A DNA stretch of 64,000 nt from Lingula anatina (Eukaryota; Animalia; Brachiopoda), in contig CM120649.1 of the NCBI GenBank assembly GCA_051362555.1, positions 2,480,001-2,544,000 on the forward strand, read 5' to 3'. The position numbers and the translations under genes were made by a program. The notes below the pieces were generated by a model. It saw nothing but the letters and a program-made list of their open reading frames with translations. It searched no databases and was not told where the DNA came from. Shown here one piece after another: positions 27,151-37,889 of this stretch; position 1 is the stretch's first letter; every line of letters begins with the position of its first letter.

Positions 27151-27511
27151 CAAAGGAATAAAACATGCACGAGATGCTCCATGACATACAGGCACATTTG
27201 ATAAAAATGGTTATTTGCCTCTATAACCGAAGAGTAGTAAATGCAAGAAATCTTAACACATTGCCTTTGGAAGGTGATTTAAGACTCTTCGGTGCGTCGG
27301 TCATCAAAGTGTAGGCGACCCTTGCAACCCTCACCGTCCTTTGCACAGATTTCATCACACAGTCATGTGACACGGCCTGGTGTTCTTGTATATAACACAG
27401 GCGCTGCAGTGTTAAACAATCCAGTCAATGACAGAGAATGCGCCGTTTTTAAGTGACGAGACTAATTATACAGACTTTTGGCTGTGTTCGAACCTAACTC
27501 AGTTTAAAGTC

Positions 27512-29434
27512 ATGGCATCTAAGAAGTTGAACGACGTCTTCAGTGACAATTTTCTCACGTGTCACATCTGTCTTCATGAGTATGAGGACCCGCGTGTCCT
27601 CCCATGCTATCACACTTTCTGCCTGGCTTGTCTTGCCCAGCACGTAGCAGCAAGTGGGTCGGGAGGCAACATCACGTGTCCAGTGTGCCTTCAGGAGGCG
27701 CCTGTTCCACCAGGTGGGATAGAGAAACTTGTCCGTAACTTCTTTTTGTCCAAGGTGAAGGACTTCATGTTGACAACAGAGAATAAAGACAAAATGTGCG
27801 GTAACTGTGACTCACAGGTTGCTCAATTTTACTGTCAAGATTGCAGACATTTTTTATGTGAGAACTGTCGACAAAAACAGCATGACGCAATAAAAATTCT
27901 GCGGGGACACAAAATTATATCAGCGTCTGATCACGATAAGCAAGTCCAGGAAGAAATGGACGCTAGACTATTTTGTGATAAACACAAAGGACAACAGTTA
28001 ATCTTTTATTGCACAGATGACGATGTTGTTGTGTGTCGTGACTGTATTCTCACCAAACACAACAAACACAACTGTGTAGACATTGCAGATGTAGCAGAAA
28101 TCCATAAAGAAAAAATAAATAGTGCCTTTAATCATTTATCTAAGAACATTGCACTGTTTGAAAAAGCAGAGTCAGAAATATCTAAGCAACAGAAAGATAC
28201 AACTGACGTCGTAAACAAAACGGTGACCGACATACAACAACAGGAGGCGGATATTATAAAAGAGGTTCAGCGTATTTCTGCTCAGTTGATAGCAGAAGCA
28301 AAAGACCACGCCGCAACGCACATGAAGTCACTCGAGGCTGAGAAAGATCGCGTTCAACTACAGAAAGTATCCATCCACAGCACATGTGAGTTTGCCAAAC
28401 AGCTTGTTCAACATGGCTCCCACACGGTGGTGATGACACACGCTAAAAATATCCAAGCAAGGATGAAAGAACTGAACAATGTCAGACCCACCGTACAGGT
28501 AAAAACAATAGAGATCACTTTCAGTAAAGGAAAACTTCCAGCGGACTTCTTTGGTCGTGTGAAGAAGTTAGAATGGCTAAATACTGCATCTTTGGTGGGT
28601 GAGTTTGAGAGCAGTGTGCAAAATGTTTGGGACATATCGTGCAGTCAAAGTGGAACAATATATTTAGTTTCTTTAATATCGTGTAAACTTACAGCAATAT
28701 CACCATCTCATGAGGTGATATTCCAGGTGTATGTACCACATCTTAGGGGTGTCACCGTGCTCAGTGATGACAGACTGGTGGTTACATGTGATGATGGATG
28801 CCGAGTGTATTCCTCCTCCGGGAACCATGTCCAAACATTTGGTCAGGGTGACATGTCTGGTCCCTGGGGTGTTACAGTGGACAACAATGGACACATACTT
28901 GTCTGTGACATGGTCAATAAATGTATCTGTGTGTATGACGCTGTACAGTACAGTCTTATCAATAAGATCAGTGTTCCTATGTGTAAATATCCACTATACA
29001 TTGCAGTGCTCCCATGTCGTGACACCATTGTGGTGAGTGACTGTTTTGGACACTGTGTATATGGAGTGACCCCCCAGGGTGATGTAGTGTTCCAGTATGG
29101 TACACCAGGTGAGAGCGGCTCAGGTGATGGATACCTGTACCACCCCTGGGGAGTGTGTACAGACAGCGTGGGGCACATCTTCATTGCTGACTTACAAGAA
29201 GGATCGGACTTATTACGTGAAAAGTTACAAGAATTTGTAAGTTACAACCTTTGGAGAATACGGCCCCAGGGGAATAACAGGGTGGTTGTTTTGACCTCAG
29301 ATGGTCAACTGTTAAGATACGTGGTGGGTCCACAGCAGGTTTCAGAGCCAAGGGGTGTGACCATTGATAAGAAAGGACAGCTTGTAGTGGGGGAGTGGGC
29401 CGGCAAGGTGAAAACATTTCGCTATGTTCCTTAA
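27512..29434 (+). CDS. TRIM-NHL copy 4, open ORF with a 25-aa in-frame insertion in a late NHL repeat
   Basis: MASKK start at 27512, with an alternative in-frame ATG at 27428. Full domain set; extra peptide LQEGSDLLREKLQEFVSYNLWRIRP encoded by 29192-29266. Confidence 0.85.
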   Translation: MASKKLNDVFSDNFLTCHICLHEYEDPRVLPCYHTFCLACLAQHVAASGSGGNITCPVCLQEAPVPPGGIEKLVRNFFLSKVKDFMLTTENKDKMCGNCDSQVAQFYCQDCRHFLCENCRQKQHDAIKILRGHKIISASDHDKQVQEEMDARLFCDKHKGQQLIFYCTDDDVVVCRDCILTKHNKHNCVDIADVAEIHKEKINSAFNHLSKNIALFEKAESEISKQQKDTTDVVNKTVTDIQQQEADIIKEVQRISAQLIAEAKDHAATHMKSLEAEKDRVQLQKVSIHSTCEFAKQLVQHGSHTVVMTHAKNIQARMKELNNVRPTVQVKTIEITFSKGKLPADFFGRVKKLEWLNTASLVGEFESSVQNVWDISCSQSGTIYLVSLISCKLTAISPSHEVIFQVYVPHLRGVTVLSDDRLVVTCDDGCRVYSSSGNHVQTFGQGDMSGPWGVTVDNNGHILVCDMVNKCICVYDAVQYSLINKISVPMCKYPLYIAVLPCRDTIVVSDCFGHCVYGVTPQGDVVFQYGTPGESGSGDGYLYHPWGVCTDSVGHIFIADLQEGSDLLREKLQEFVSYNLWRIRPQGNNRVVVLTSDGQLLRYVVGPQQVSEPRGVTIDKKGQLVVGEWAGKVKTFRYVP

Positions 29435-29718
29435 CTACAATTTAAGTATCAGACGTTAACCAGCCGACATCATTTTTAACACAAAAAGAGAGAAGAATTA
29501 CAGCGAAACTTTGTGCATGAACATTATTTGTTGAACACATAATTATGGATATTTCTGAAATTATAACTGATATATTGGAAGGTGATAATATTGGTTAAAA
29601 ATCTATTAGTTATACGATATTATAGGAGTGGGAAAGTAAAATAATTCATAAAGCAATTTAGTTACTTTTTTTACTTTTTTGGCACTTTTACAGTTATACC
29701 GCTGTATAATAAAGTTAA

Positions 29719-30290
29719 AGCAATAATAACTCTTCTTTTGAGATTCAAAATTCCGCAAGAAATACATTGTAAACAACGCCTGGAAATATATCCTATTGCA
29801 TTTTCCCACTGAAACTGCTGTTATTGTAGTAAAACTAAAATCTGTGCTTGTCACTTGGGCTTTCGATGCCTTTCTTCGCGGTCGACAAGTGCATCCTTTG
29901 CTAATGACGTAATGGTGTCACGCGGATCTCGCGTTCATTCGAAACCAAAGTAACATGGCGGGAAACCCTCAGACGTAAGTTGCGAGTTTTTTTACAGTGC
30001 GCCGGATAACGAAAAGCCCAGAATTGCACACATTGTAGATATAAATGCATTTTGAGCAAAAAAGACGAAGGTACCTTATGAATCTTATAATATTGATATA
30101 GTGTTGTTGTTGTCTGCTTTTCCCGCGGTTTTTAGTAGGTCACTAGAAACTATCGCTCGATACGAAAGGGCCCCGTCAGTTAACATCTCTTAAGAGATTT
30201 TAACAAAAAACCGTACGTTTAGGCAAAAAAACCCTGGATTAACTTTGAATGCAGAAATGGGGTCGCTGACCATTGGTAAGTACGGGAAAA
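29719..30290. mobile_element. ~570-bp insertion in the presumed 3' UTR of copy 4 (also 38172-38745 in copy 5)
   Basis: Absent downstream of the other five TRIM copies and begins after TTAA. No clear TIR pair identified. Confidence 0.4.
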
Positions 30291-30927
30291 TTGTACCTGT
30301 AACGTGATTGCACGATCTCTTGTATTCTTGTAAATAAATGATTTTAAAATATCGTCAGTAATAAGAGTATTTGCCGTGAGACCAGCAGGAATATTGTAAC
30401 ACTAACGAAAGGGCTTGAACAATATAGTTTTACCTCCAACCGCCGCGATATTTGCATGAAGGCGGATACAAGTCACCGTTCCCGCATCTCCTTATACACT
30501 ACATGTGGGTTAGCTTTTCATCAGAAATATCATTTAAAGTCAGATGCATTTCATCTTTGAATCTGCAATAACCACTGGAATGATTTTGAATACTAACACA
30601 TTCTAGAACCGCCACGTCAGAGTTACCATTAAAAAATCAATTTATTCCACGTTGTATTTTGTTTTACAGAAAAAGAAAAATAAATTGCTGACTGCCATTA
30701 AATCATACTATAAAAAAGTAGCGGGCGTGTGAATGGATATATGGACTTACAAAATAATTTGTGATTGCGCAATTTTCGTTATTTATCTTTTTAATTTTTT
30801 CAATTCTTCCTCTCCATTCCCAGCTTTTCATCAAAAATATCATTAAAAATCCAATGTATTTCTTCTTAAAATCTACAATATCTTTAATATCAGCGCATTC
30901 TGAGACCGTCACGTCGTCAGAATTACT

Positions 30928-31530
30928 AGAGAGTTTTGGCAAGGCCTTCCGTATGACGTGTAACGTATAGTTCAATACGTAATACGTTTTACGTATGCGA
31001 GAAAGCTAGCAGTGGTTTTGGCAGGTCTCACTCCGTATGCGGTTTTTTTCCGCCAAATAAAATGATAAGGGTATAGGCCTATATATATGGATTACACGAA
31101 CATGGTGCTGCTTATGGAATCTTTTTAGATAGATGAATAATTAAGATGTTGAATGGAATGTGTTATTTACGTCAATTGATGCCGCAGATCCTGTTGTTTA
31201 TGAAAAAAAATCAACTTAAATTGAATTTGATACTACTACGGACGACTGATTGACTGGCTGTTTTTCCAGCTGTTTTCACAGAGTATTTCTACCGACAGCG
31301 TCTAAAAGTGATTCAGGGGAATCTTAACACCCTATGTATTCCTCTGCAGTATGTTAAACTTGAAAGAAATAAGGGTAAATCTATTAAATTTGATACGTTT
31401 CTTATCTACGTGTAATCACCGATTCATACGTAGTGCCGTATGACTTATGACTTGTCCTTGAGAAAAACTACGCACAAAGTGATGACGTCGCACGTGATAC
31501 GTCGTACGGAAGGCCTTGCCAAAACTCTCT
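30928..31530. mobile_element. 603-bp non-autonomous TIR element (possibly PIF/Harbinger-related)
   Basis: ~32-bp TIR AGAGAGTTTTGGCAAGGCCTTCCGTAYGACGT with an imperfect 3-bp TSD (ACT/ATT). Empty site GAATTATTATTAGA at 39371. Confidence 0.85.
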
Positions 31531-32538
31531 ATTATTAGATAGTGGATATATTCCACGTTGAACTTGTCACTAAAAGGCGACAGGTACGTCATCGCGCATT
31601 TGTTCAACAGATATCCCAACTTGAGGGAGTGGCCCGGTCGGACTGGTAGAATGGTCAGTGGCAACGGCTGATTGAAATCTGTTCAAGGAATTTGACCTTC
31701 CACGACAAGTGCTAAGCTAAATAATGACAATATTCTAACAAATTTTCCTTTCGTAAAAGCAATTGAAGGGAGTTGGTCGCCGAGTTTATTCCTCAATACA
31801 ATTAGAGAGTGTGATATTGGAACGCTTTATTCGCTAGAAAGGGTACTTTACTATGGAATAAGAATTCTTTCTTTCGGTATATGCATGTGAAACACTATAC
31901 ACTGCCACCCTCTGACGACATATGCCATGAACATATATCACTGAGGCTCCAGATGTTCTAGGATACATCAATCGGGTGACAGGGTATTGTCTCACACACA
32001 CCTGTATCTCACATACATTTGAAGTCGCATCCGTGGCAGTCACACATACCAGAGGTGCTGAGAACGCTACCGGACCACACCCTCTCGCTCTCTCCTTGTT
32101 ACTCAGTCAGGTCAGTGAAATATTATACATATAGTGTATAGTTTTTTAATCATAAACAACATTACAGGTGATACACGCTGTGTTCGGCTAACTAAGATTT
32201 TATATTATCAATAATGCAATAATGGAAAAGACCGACTTTCGTGAGTAACATATACATGTATGATCGGGTCGAATTAGTGCTACTACCAGTTCTTTCATAT
32301 TGTATTGAAATTGTGGTGTCAAGCGTCGATGAAATCATGAAAATAATCTCTCTCCATCCCCCCCCCCCATCACTCCTTCTTACTCCGCTTCTTTTCCTAC
32401 CTCTTTCTCTCTCTCTCTGTATTTAGTTTAATAAAAATTTACTCAAAAGGGCTCCGACGAGACTCAATATCCGACCAATATATGCGAGATACAGATAAAA
32501 GCTATGCACCTGTGTTCTTCCAGGTTGTGTAGTACGCC

Positions 32539-32720
32539 ATGAAGACTGCCTCCATTAGCTTCGTTTTGGTCATAGCCATTATGGCTGCCTGTGTGGAGTT
32601 TATTGGTACAGTGTACGTTTTTAGCCATTACAGGTCTGTTACGGCGCGTTGAGTATTCCCCCACAGCTTTTTAACGGCGAGGAATACCAAGGTGATTACC
32701 GAGATTTCGACGAAGCAAGT
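32539..32720 (+). pseudogene. Internally deleted SH3BGR-like copy
   Basis: Signal-peptide exon (MKTASISFVLVIAIMAACVEFI) with the donor changed to GTACAG, followed ~50 bp later by PPQLFNGEEYQGDYRDFDEA. Most of the intron and exon 2 are missing. Confidence 0.75.
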
Positions 32721-35289
32721 TTCTACTGGTCGCGTGTGGTGTCGCACGTGTCACCGGAAGTGGGCGAGCACACACGACTACCATTCAGCAAGAGTCCCCT
32801 CGGAATTGGATCAACAGAGCGATAGATTTATTTGGAATGAGCCTTTGTTTGATAGACTCAACAAATCCTTTTATGTACACAATACGCTAAACTATCGTAT
32901 AACGCACGTGTTTTACAGTCTCGTAAGAACTGATAGTGTAAAGCGGGTACCCTCTTCCAGGGCCACAGATTGATTTTTTATTAGATATTCACAGATATGT
33001 CTCTGGCTTATTAATATCACACTTTTACAAATGGACATAATTCATCTACGGTCATGGCAGAGGGTAAAATGCGGGCCCACTATCCACGCATGCAGGGTTG
33101 TCGGTCTGTTCAGTTTCTTTGCAGGTATTGTGTGTAGGGGGTTTGACGCTAGATGGCGCTCATATACTAGTACGAACAATCAAGGCCAACTCACATGATC
33201 CACAGTGATCAAAATGGCGGACGCGAATCGAATACTACTGTTGTCGCTCGAATACTACTGTTGTTAGCCATTATTGTAATTCGCTATTCTAGCCTACTAT
33301 AGTACAACACCTGTCAACTTTTCTCAATCTGTCAATCGCAAGCACTTTCAGTGTCAGAATTTCGCGGTACTGACTGTGACGTCGGCGCAAGGGTAGCCAA
33401 GACCATTGGCATGAGCGCCCATTATCGTCAAATCGAATTTTGGCTTCTAGTTACGTTTTCACGACTAGTCGTATTTTGCCGTCTGATCTGATAACTACGA
33501 CGTCTAATCGTGTTTTCAATTTTTGGAGAAACCTCCACCCATGAGGTGGAGAGCCCAACTTCCCCGCCTGATCCCTGTGAGTACAGGTTGCAAACTACTA
33601 TAAAAATCCCATCCACTTCCATTGTAACGTTTAATTCTCTTAAAATACTTTCCATGCTTCAAAAATCGCAACACTTCTGGTTTGAACACTTCTACTCAAG
33701 TCCTAAAAACATTTTAAAAATCAGGGTACATTGATGGTGTAGCCTTCCAGTGACCTGACATGACTTTTAAGGTGCTACCGCCAGTCGGCTGAAATAAGCA
33801 CTAAAATGCAGCAGAGGGGATTGTAAACCTGGCCCCAGGCAATAAAATTTCATCTTGATTTAAAAAATAACAAACCAAATTAAAGGTTAATTTCTAAATT
33901 TAATTTTAAATATTTCAAATGATCCAAAATTGAAAAATAAACTCATTGTCATCATATATGCAAATGTCTTGCTTCAAAGTTACCAAACAGGGAAGGCCAG
34001 AAGTGACGTATCGTCTACGATTCATACCACCGCCACTGAGCACACGAACAAAACATCGTGCCTCGATGTGAAACTAGACAAATTTGGTGTTTTTAGCCTC
34101 CAAGTTCTACATAATATCAATTTGTCTAATAAATAAGACGATGTAGGGTTTTATGTTTAATGATGTGTGATTATATTTATTACCATTAAAGATCCCAATT
34201 ACAACCAAGAAGTATTTTGGTTTAGCGCTTTTTAGATTTTTAATAAAACATTTAATTTTTACGAGGCTATATATCATCTCCTGTAGATTAGTGACTTTGC
34301 CTCGCTAACGAGAAATTAAATTTGTTGATCATTTCGTGGCATCGAAAGTTAAATGCGTTACGTCGATCCTTGTTGGGTTTTCTGACATGTAGTGCCTAAA
34401 ATTAACCTTCCTACATTATTTAATGCAATTAGAAATAACATTCACACTAGCGATCAAGCACTATGTCTTTATCAAGGGTGAGAGAGTGGTGGAAAATTTC
34501 CTAAGGTACACATATAACACTATTAATACAAGAGGCAAATACCAACAAAATATTTCCAATATAATTTCTCAAAACGACACCAGGAAGCAAATTAGATTAA
34601 ATCATACAAACGGTTAACACCGGCTGGCTTTGTCAATTTCACCCACTTTTTTTATTGCAAACAAAACACTTTTGCGCATGCGCAGTCGTTTGAATCCTGT
34701 GCTTAGCTACCGTGCAGACGTGTACGGTACCAGAGACGAACAAAAACAAAATAGAGACACAATACACAGTGATCTACAATCTCACTCCGTAAGTAGTGAA
34801 TACTTTAATAGCATATTAATATTTACAGTTGACACCATACGGTGTTTTAAGTATAATATGGGCATATAATAAATAAAGCAATAGTGAAAAGACATCTTGT
34901 TGCGTCACAAATATGTAATCGAGTCGACCTACTTTATGCATTGTACAGTACATTGAAAGTGTGTCGCAGAGCTTCGACGGAATCATATGAAACTCAAGGA
35001 CACTGGGTCATTTTAGATTTCTATTAATGTGTTTACACTACAGTTTGTTAAGCAGTATAGTAAGAGCCTTACGATAGACGTGCCATAGGGAATTTCATAT
35101 ACGCCCTCAGCAAGTAGAACTGAGACAAGGAAGGTGGTTTAGGGTTAGTGCGCCTATATCGAATGTGTCAATATTCAAGATTTTTGATAAGTGAGTCATC
35201 CTTTGGGACAATTGAAGTTTTTTACCAATGCATTTTCAGTGCAACCAAGCTAAATAACTGGTCTTTGCGTGCCATGTCTCCCTCTATCT

Positions 35290-35500
35290 CTACTCACGCC
35301 TGTCTCTCGTTTCCTTCTCCCTCCCTCTCTCTCTCACTCTCTCTCTCTCTCTCTCCCTTCTCCCTCCCTCTCTCTCTCTCTCTCTCACTCTCTCTCTCTT
35401 CCTCCCCCTCCCACCTTCTCTCTCTCTCTCTCTCTCGATCCCTCCGTCTCTCTCTCTCTCTCTTCCTTCTCCCTCTCTCTCCCCCTCTCTCTCCCTCTCA
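35290..35500. repeat. (CT)n-rich microsatellite; others at ~350, 9803, 21890, 43160, 48520, 52004 and 63835; (GT)n at 18206 and 26484; (TA)n/polyT at 53286-53380
   Basis: Directly visible simple repeats. Confidence 0.9.
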
Positions 35501-35824
35501 TATGAAACACGGAAGTTTTAGTGTGTCCTAAAACGTGGGGCTTAAAACATATACTTGTTTTATCACGTTGATATTGGACTGTACAGGACCAGGATGATTC
35601 ACAGATAATGTGACTTGCTGTACGTGCCTCTGTCTTCCTTGTAACCACAATGTTAAAATGCAACTTGTCATATAAACATTTGCCGACACCGCGGCGTACT
35701 TTTGATCCATAACCAGGAGAATAAGATTTAATCGATGGCGTTTATCTCTCAAGTCAGTCAGATAAGATAGAATTTATTCAGCCATTTATAAAAATCTATT
35801 TTTCTTTGGAACAATGATTGATGC

Positions 35825-35877
35825 CTTTTTTGCTTTACAGATTGCGATCGTCTGCCCACAGTGGGAATCTAGGTGTA
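35825..35877 (+). pseudogene. Stub of the SH3BGR-like exon-2 5' end abutting the TRIM copy 5 promoter
   Basis: TTTACAG|ATTGCGATCGTCTGCCCACAGTGGGAATCTAGGTGTA matches TTTACAG|AGTGCGATCGTCTGCCCACAAATGGGATCCGTGTGTA at 43797-43840. Confidence 0.7.
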
Positions 35878-36059
35878 AAGGACACCAGAAACCGTGTCAG
35901 ATGACATGGTCTGATGTTCGTGTATATATGACCCAGAAGCAGTGTTAACCAGTTTAGTCACAGACAGAAAAGGCCACGGAATAACGCTACATCATGAAGT
36001 GACGAGACTAATTATACAGCCTTTTGGCTGTGTGTAAACCTTATATTCGGTTTAAAGTC

Positions 36060-37889
36060 ATGGCATCAAAGAAGTTGTACGAGGAGTTCAGTGACAATTT
36101 TCTCACGTGTCACATCTGTCTTCACGAGTACGATGACCCGCGTGTCCTCCCGTGCTATCACACTTTCTGCCTGGCTTGTCTTGCCCAGCACGTGGCAGCG
36201 AGTGGGACGGGAGGCAACATCACGTGTCCAGTGTGTCGCCAGGAGACGCCTGTTCCACAAGGTGGGCTGGAGAAACTTGTCCGTAACTTCTTTTTGTCCA
36301 AGGTAAAGGAGTTCATGTTGACAACAGAGAGTAAAAGCAAAATGTGCGGTAACTGTGACTCACAAGTTGCTCAATTTTACTGTCAAGATTGCAAACATTT
36401 TTTCTGTGAAAACTGTCGACAAAAACAGCATGACGCTATAAAATTTCTGCAGGGACACACAATGATTTCAGAGTCTGATCACGATAAGCAAGTCCAGGAA
36501 GAAATGGACGCTACGCTCTTTTGTGATAAACACAAAGGACAACAGTTAACCTTTTATTGCACAGATGACAATGTTGTTGTGTGTCGTGATTGTATTCTCA
36601 CCAAACACAACAAACACAACTGTGTAGACATTGCAGATGTAGCTGAAATCCACAAAGAAAAAATGAATAGTGCCGTTAATGATGTATCTAAGAACATTTC
36701 ACTATTCGAAAATGCAGAGTCGGAAATATCTAAGCAACAGAAAGATACAACTGACGCCGTAAACAAAACGGTGACCGACATACAACAACAGGAGGCGGAT
36801 ATTATAAAAGAGGTTCAGCGTATTTCTGCTCGGTTGATAACAGAAGCAAAAGACCACGCCGCAACGCACATGAAGTTACTCGAGGCTGAGAAAGATCGCG
36901 TTCAACTACAGAAAGTATCCATCCACAGCACATGTGAGTTTGCCAAACAGCTTGTTCAACATGGCTCCCACACGGAGGTGATGACACACGCTAAAAATAT
37001 CCAAGCAAGGATGAAAGAACTGAACAATGTCAGACCCACCATACAGGTTAAAACAACAGAGATCACTTTCAGTAAAGGAAAACTTCCAGTGGACTTCTTT
37101 GGTCGTGTGACCATGTTAGAATGGATAGGTGAGTTTGAAAGCAGTATGAACTATGTATGGGACATATCGTGCAGTCAAAGTGGAACAATATATTTAGTTT
37201 CTGACTGGCCGGGTAAACTTACAGCGATATCACCATCTCATGAGGTGATATTCCAGGAGTTTGTACTAAGTCCCAGGTGTGTCACCGTGCTCAGTGATGA
37301 CAGACTGGTGGTTACATGTGTTGATGGATGCCGAGTGTATTCCTCCTTCGCGAAACATGTCCAAACATTTGGTCAGGGTGACATGCCTGGTCCCCGGGGT
37401 GTTACGGTGGACAACAATGGCCACATACTTGTCTGTGACGTGTACAATAGATGTATCTGTGTGTATGACGCTGTGCAGTACAATCTTATCAATAAGATCG
37501 GTGTTCCTATGTGTAATTGGCCACAATACATTGCAGTGCTCCCATGTCGTGACACCATTGTGGTGAGTGACATAGAGGGACACTGTGTATATGGAGTGAC
37601 CCCCCAGGGTGATGTAGTGTTCGAGTATGGTTCACGATACCATGAAGGCTCAGATGATGGATACCTGGACCACCCCTGGGGAGTGTGTACAGACAGCGTG
37701 GGGCACATCTTCATCGCTGACCAGTTCAATTACAGAGTGGTTGTTCTGACCTCAGATGGTCAACTGTTGAGATATGTGGTGGGTCCACAACAGGTTTCAC
37801 AGCCAAGAGGTGTGGCCATTGATAACAAAGGACAGCTTGTAGTGGGGGAGTATAGAGGCAAGGTGAAAACATTTCGCTATGTTCCTTAA
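36060..37889 (+). CDS. TRIM-NHL copy 5 (609 aa, intact)
   Basis: ATG of MASKK at 36060 (the ORF track's 36024 start is a TTG). Uninterrupted RING-B-B-CC-NHL ORF. Confidence 0.92.
   Translation: MASKKLYEEFSDNFLTCHICLHEYDDPRVLPCYHTFCLACLAQHVAASGTGGNITCPVCRQETPVPQGGLEKLVRNFFLSKVKEFMLTTESKSKMCGNCDSQVAQFYCQDCKHFFCENCRQKQHDAIKFLQGHTMISESDHDKQVQEEMDATLFCDKHKGQQLTFYCTDDNVVVCRDCILTKHNKHNCVDIADVAEIHKEKMNSAVNDVSKNISLFENAESEISKQQKDTTDAVNKTVTDIQQQEADIIKEVQRISARLITEAKDHAATHMKLLEAEKDRVQLQKVSIHSTCEFAKQLVQHGSHTEVMTHAKNIQARMKELNNVRPTIQVKTTEITFSKGKLPVDFFGRVTMLEWIGEFESSMNYVWDISCSQSGTIYLVSDWPGKLTAISPSHEVIFQEFVLSPRCVTVLSDDRLVVTCVDGCRVYSSFAKHVQTFGQGDMPGPRGVTVDNNGHILVCDVYNRCICVYDAVQYNLINKIGVPMCNWPQYIAVLPCRDTIVVSDIEGHCVYGVTPQGDVVFEYGSRYHEGSDDGYLDHPWGVCTDSVGHIFIADQFNYRVVVLTSDGQLLRYVVGPQQVSQPRGVAIDNKGQLVVGEYRGKVKTFRYVP

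Larger units (their letters stand above)
22120..29434 (+). repeat. Segmental duplicate of ~13970-21010 (partial paralogs at ~460-1810 and ~53450-57420)
   Basis: Same order of parts: SH3BGR relic, minisatellite, foldback, LINE relic, 130-bp modules, (GT)n, TRIM gene. Confidence 0.85.

Noticed and set aside
35148-35531. ORFs over microsatellites (also 172-396, 45244-45801, 51817-52056, 53284-53616)
   Set aside because: Low-complexity translations of (CT)n, (CA)n and (TA)n tracts.
32539-37889. Secreted TRIM via splicing of the signal-peptide exon onto copy 5
   Set aside because: The phase-1 join at 35841 reads DCDRLPTVGI then TAG; the same early stop occurs at the copy 2 and copy 6 stubs.
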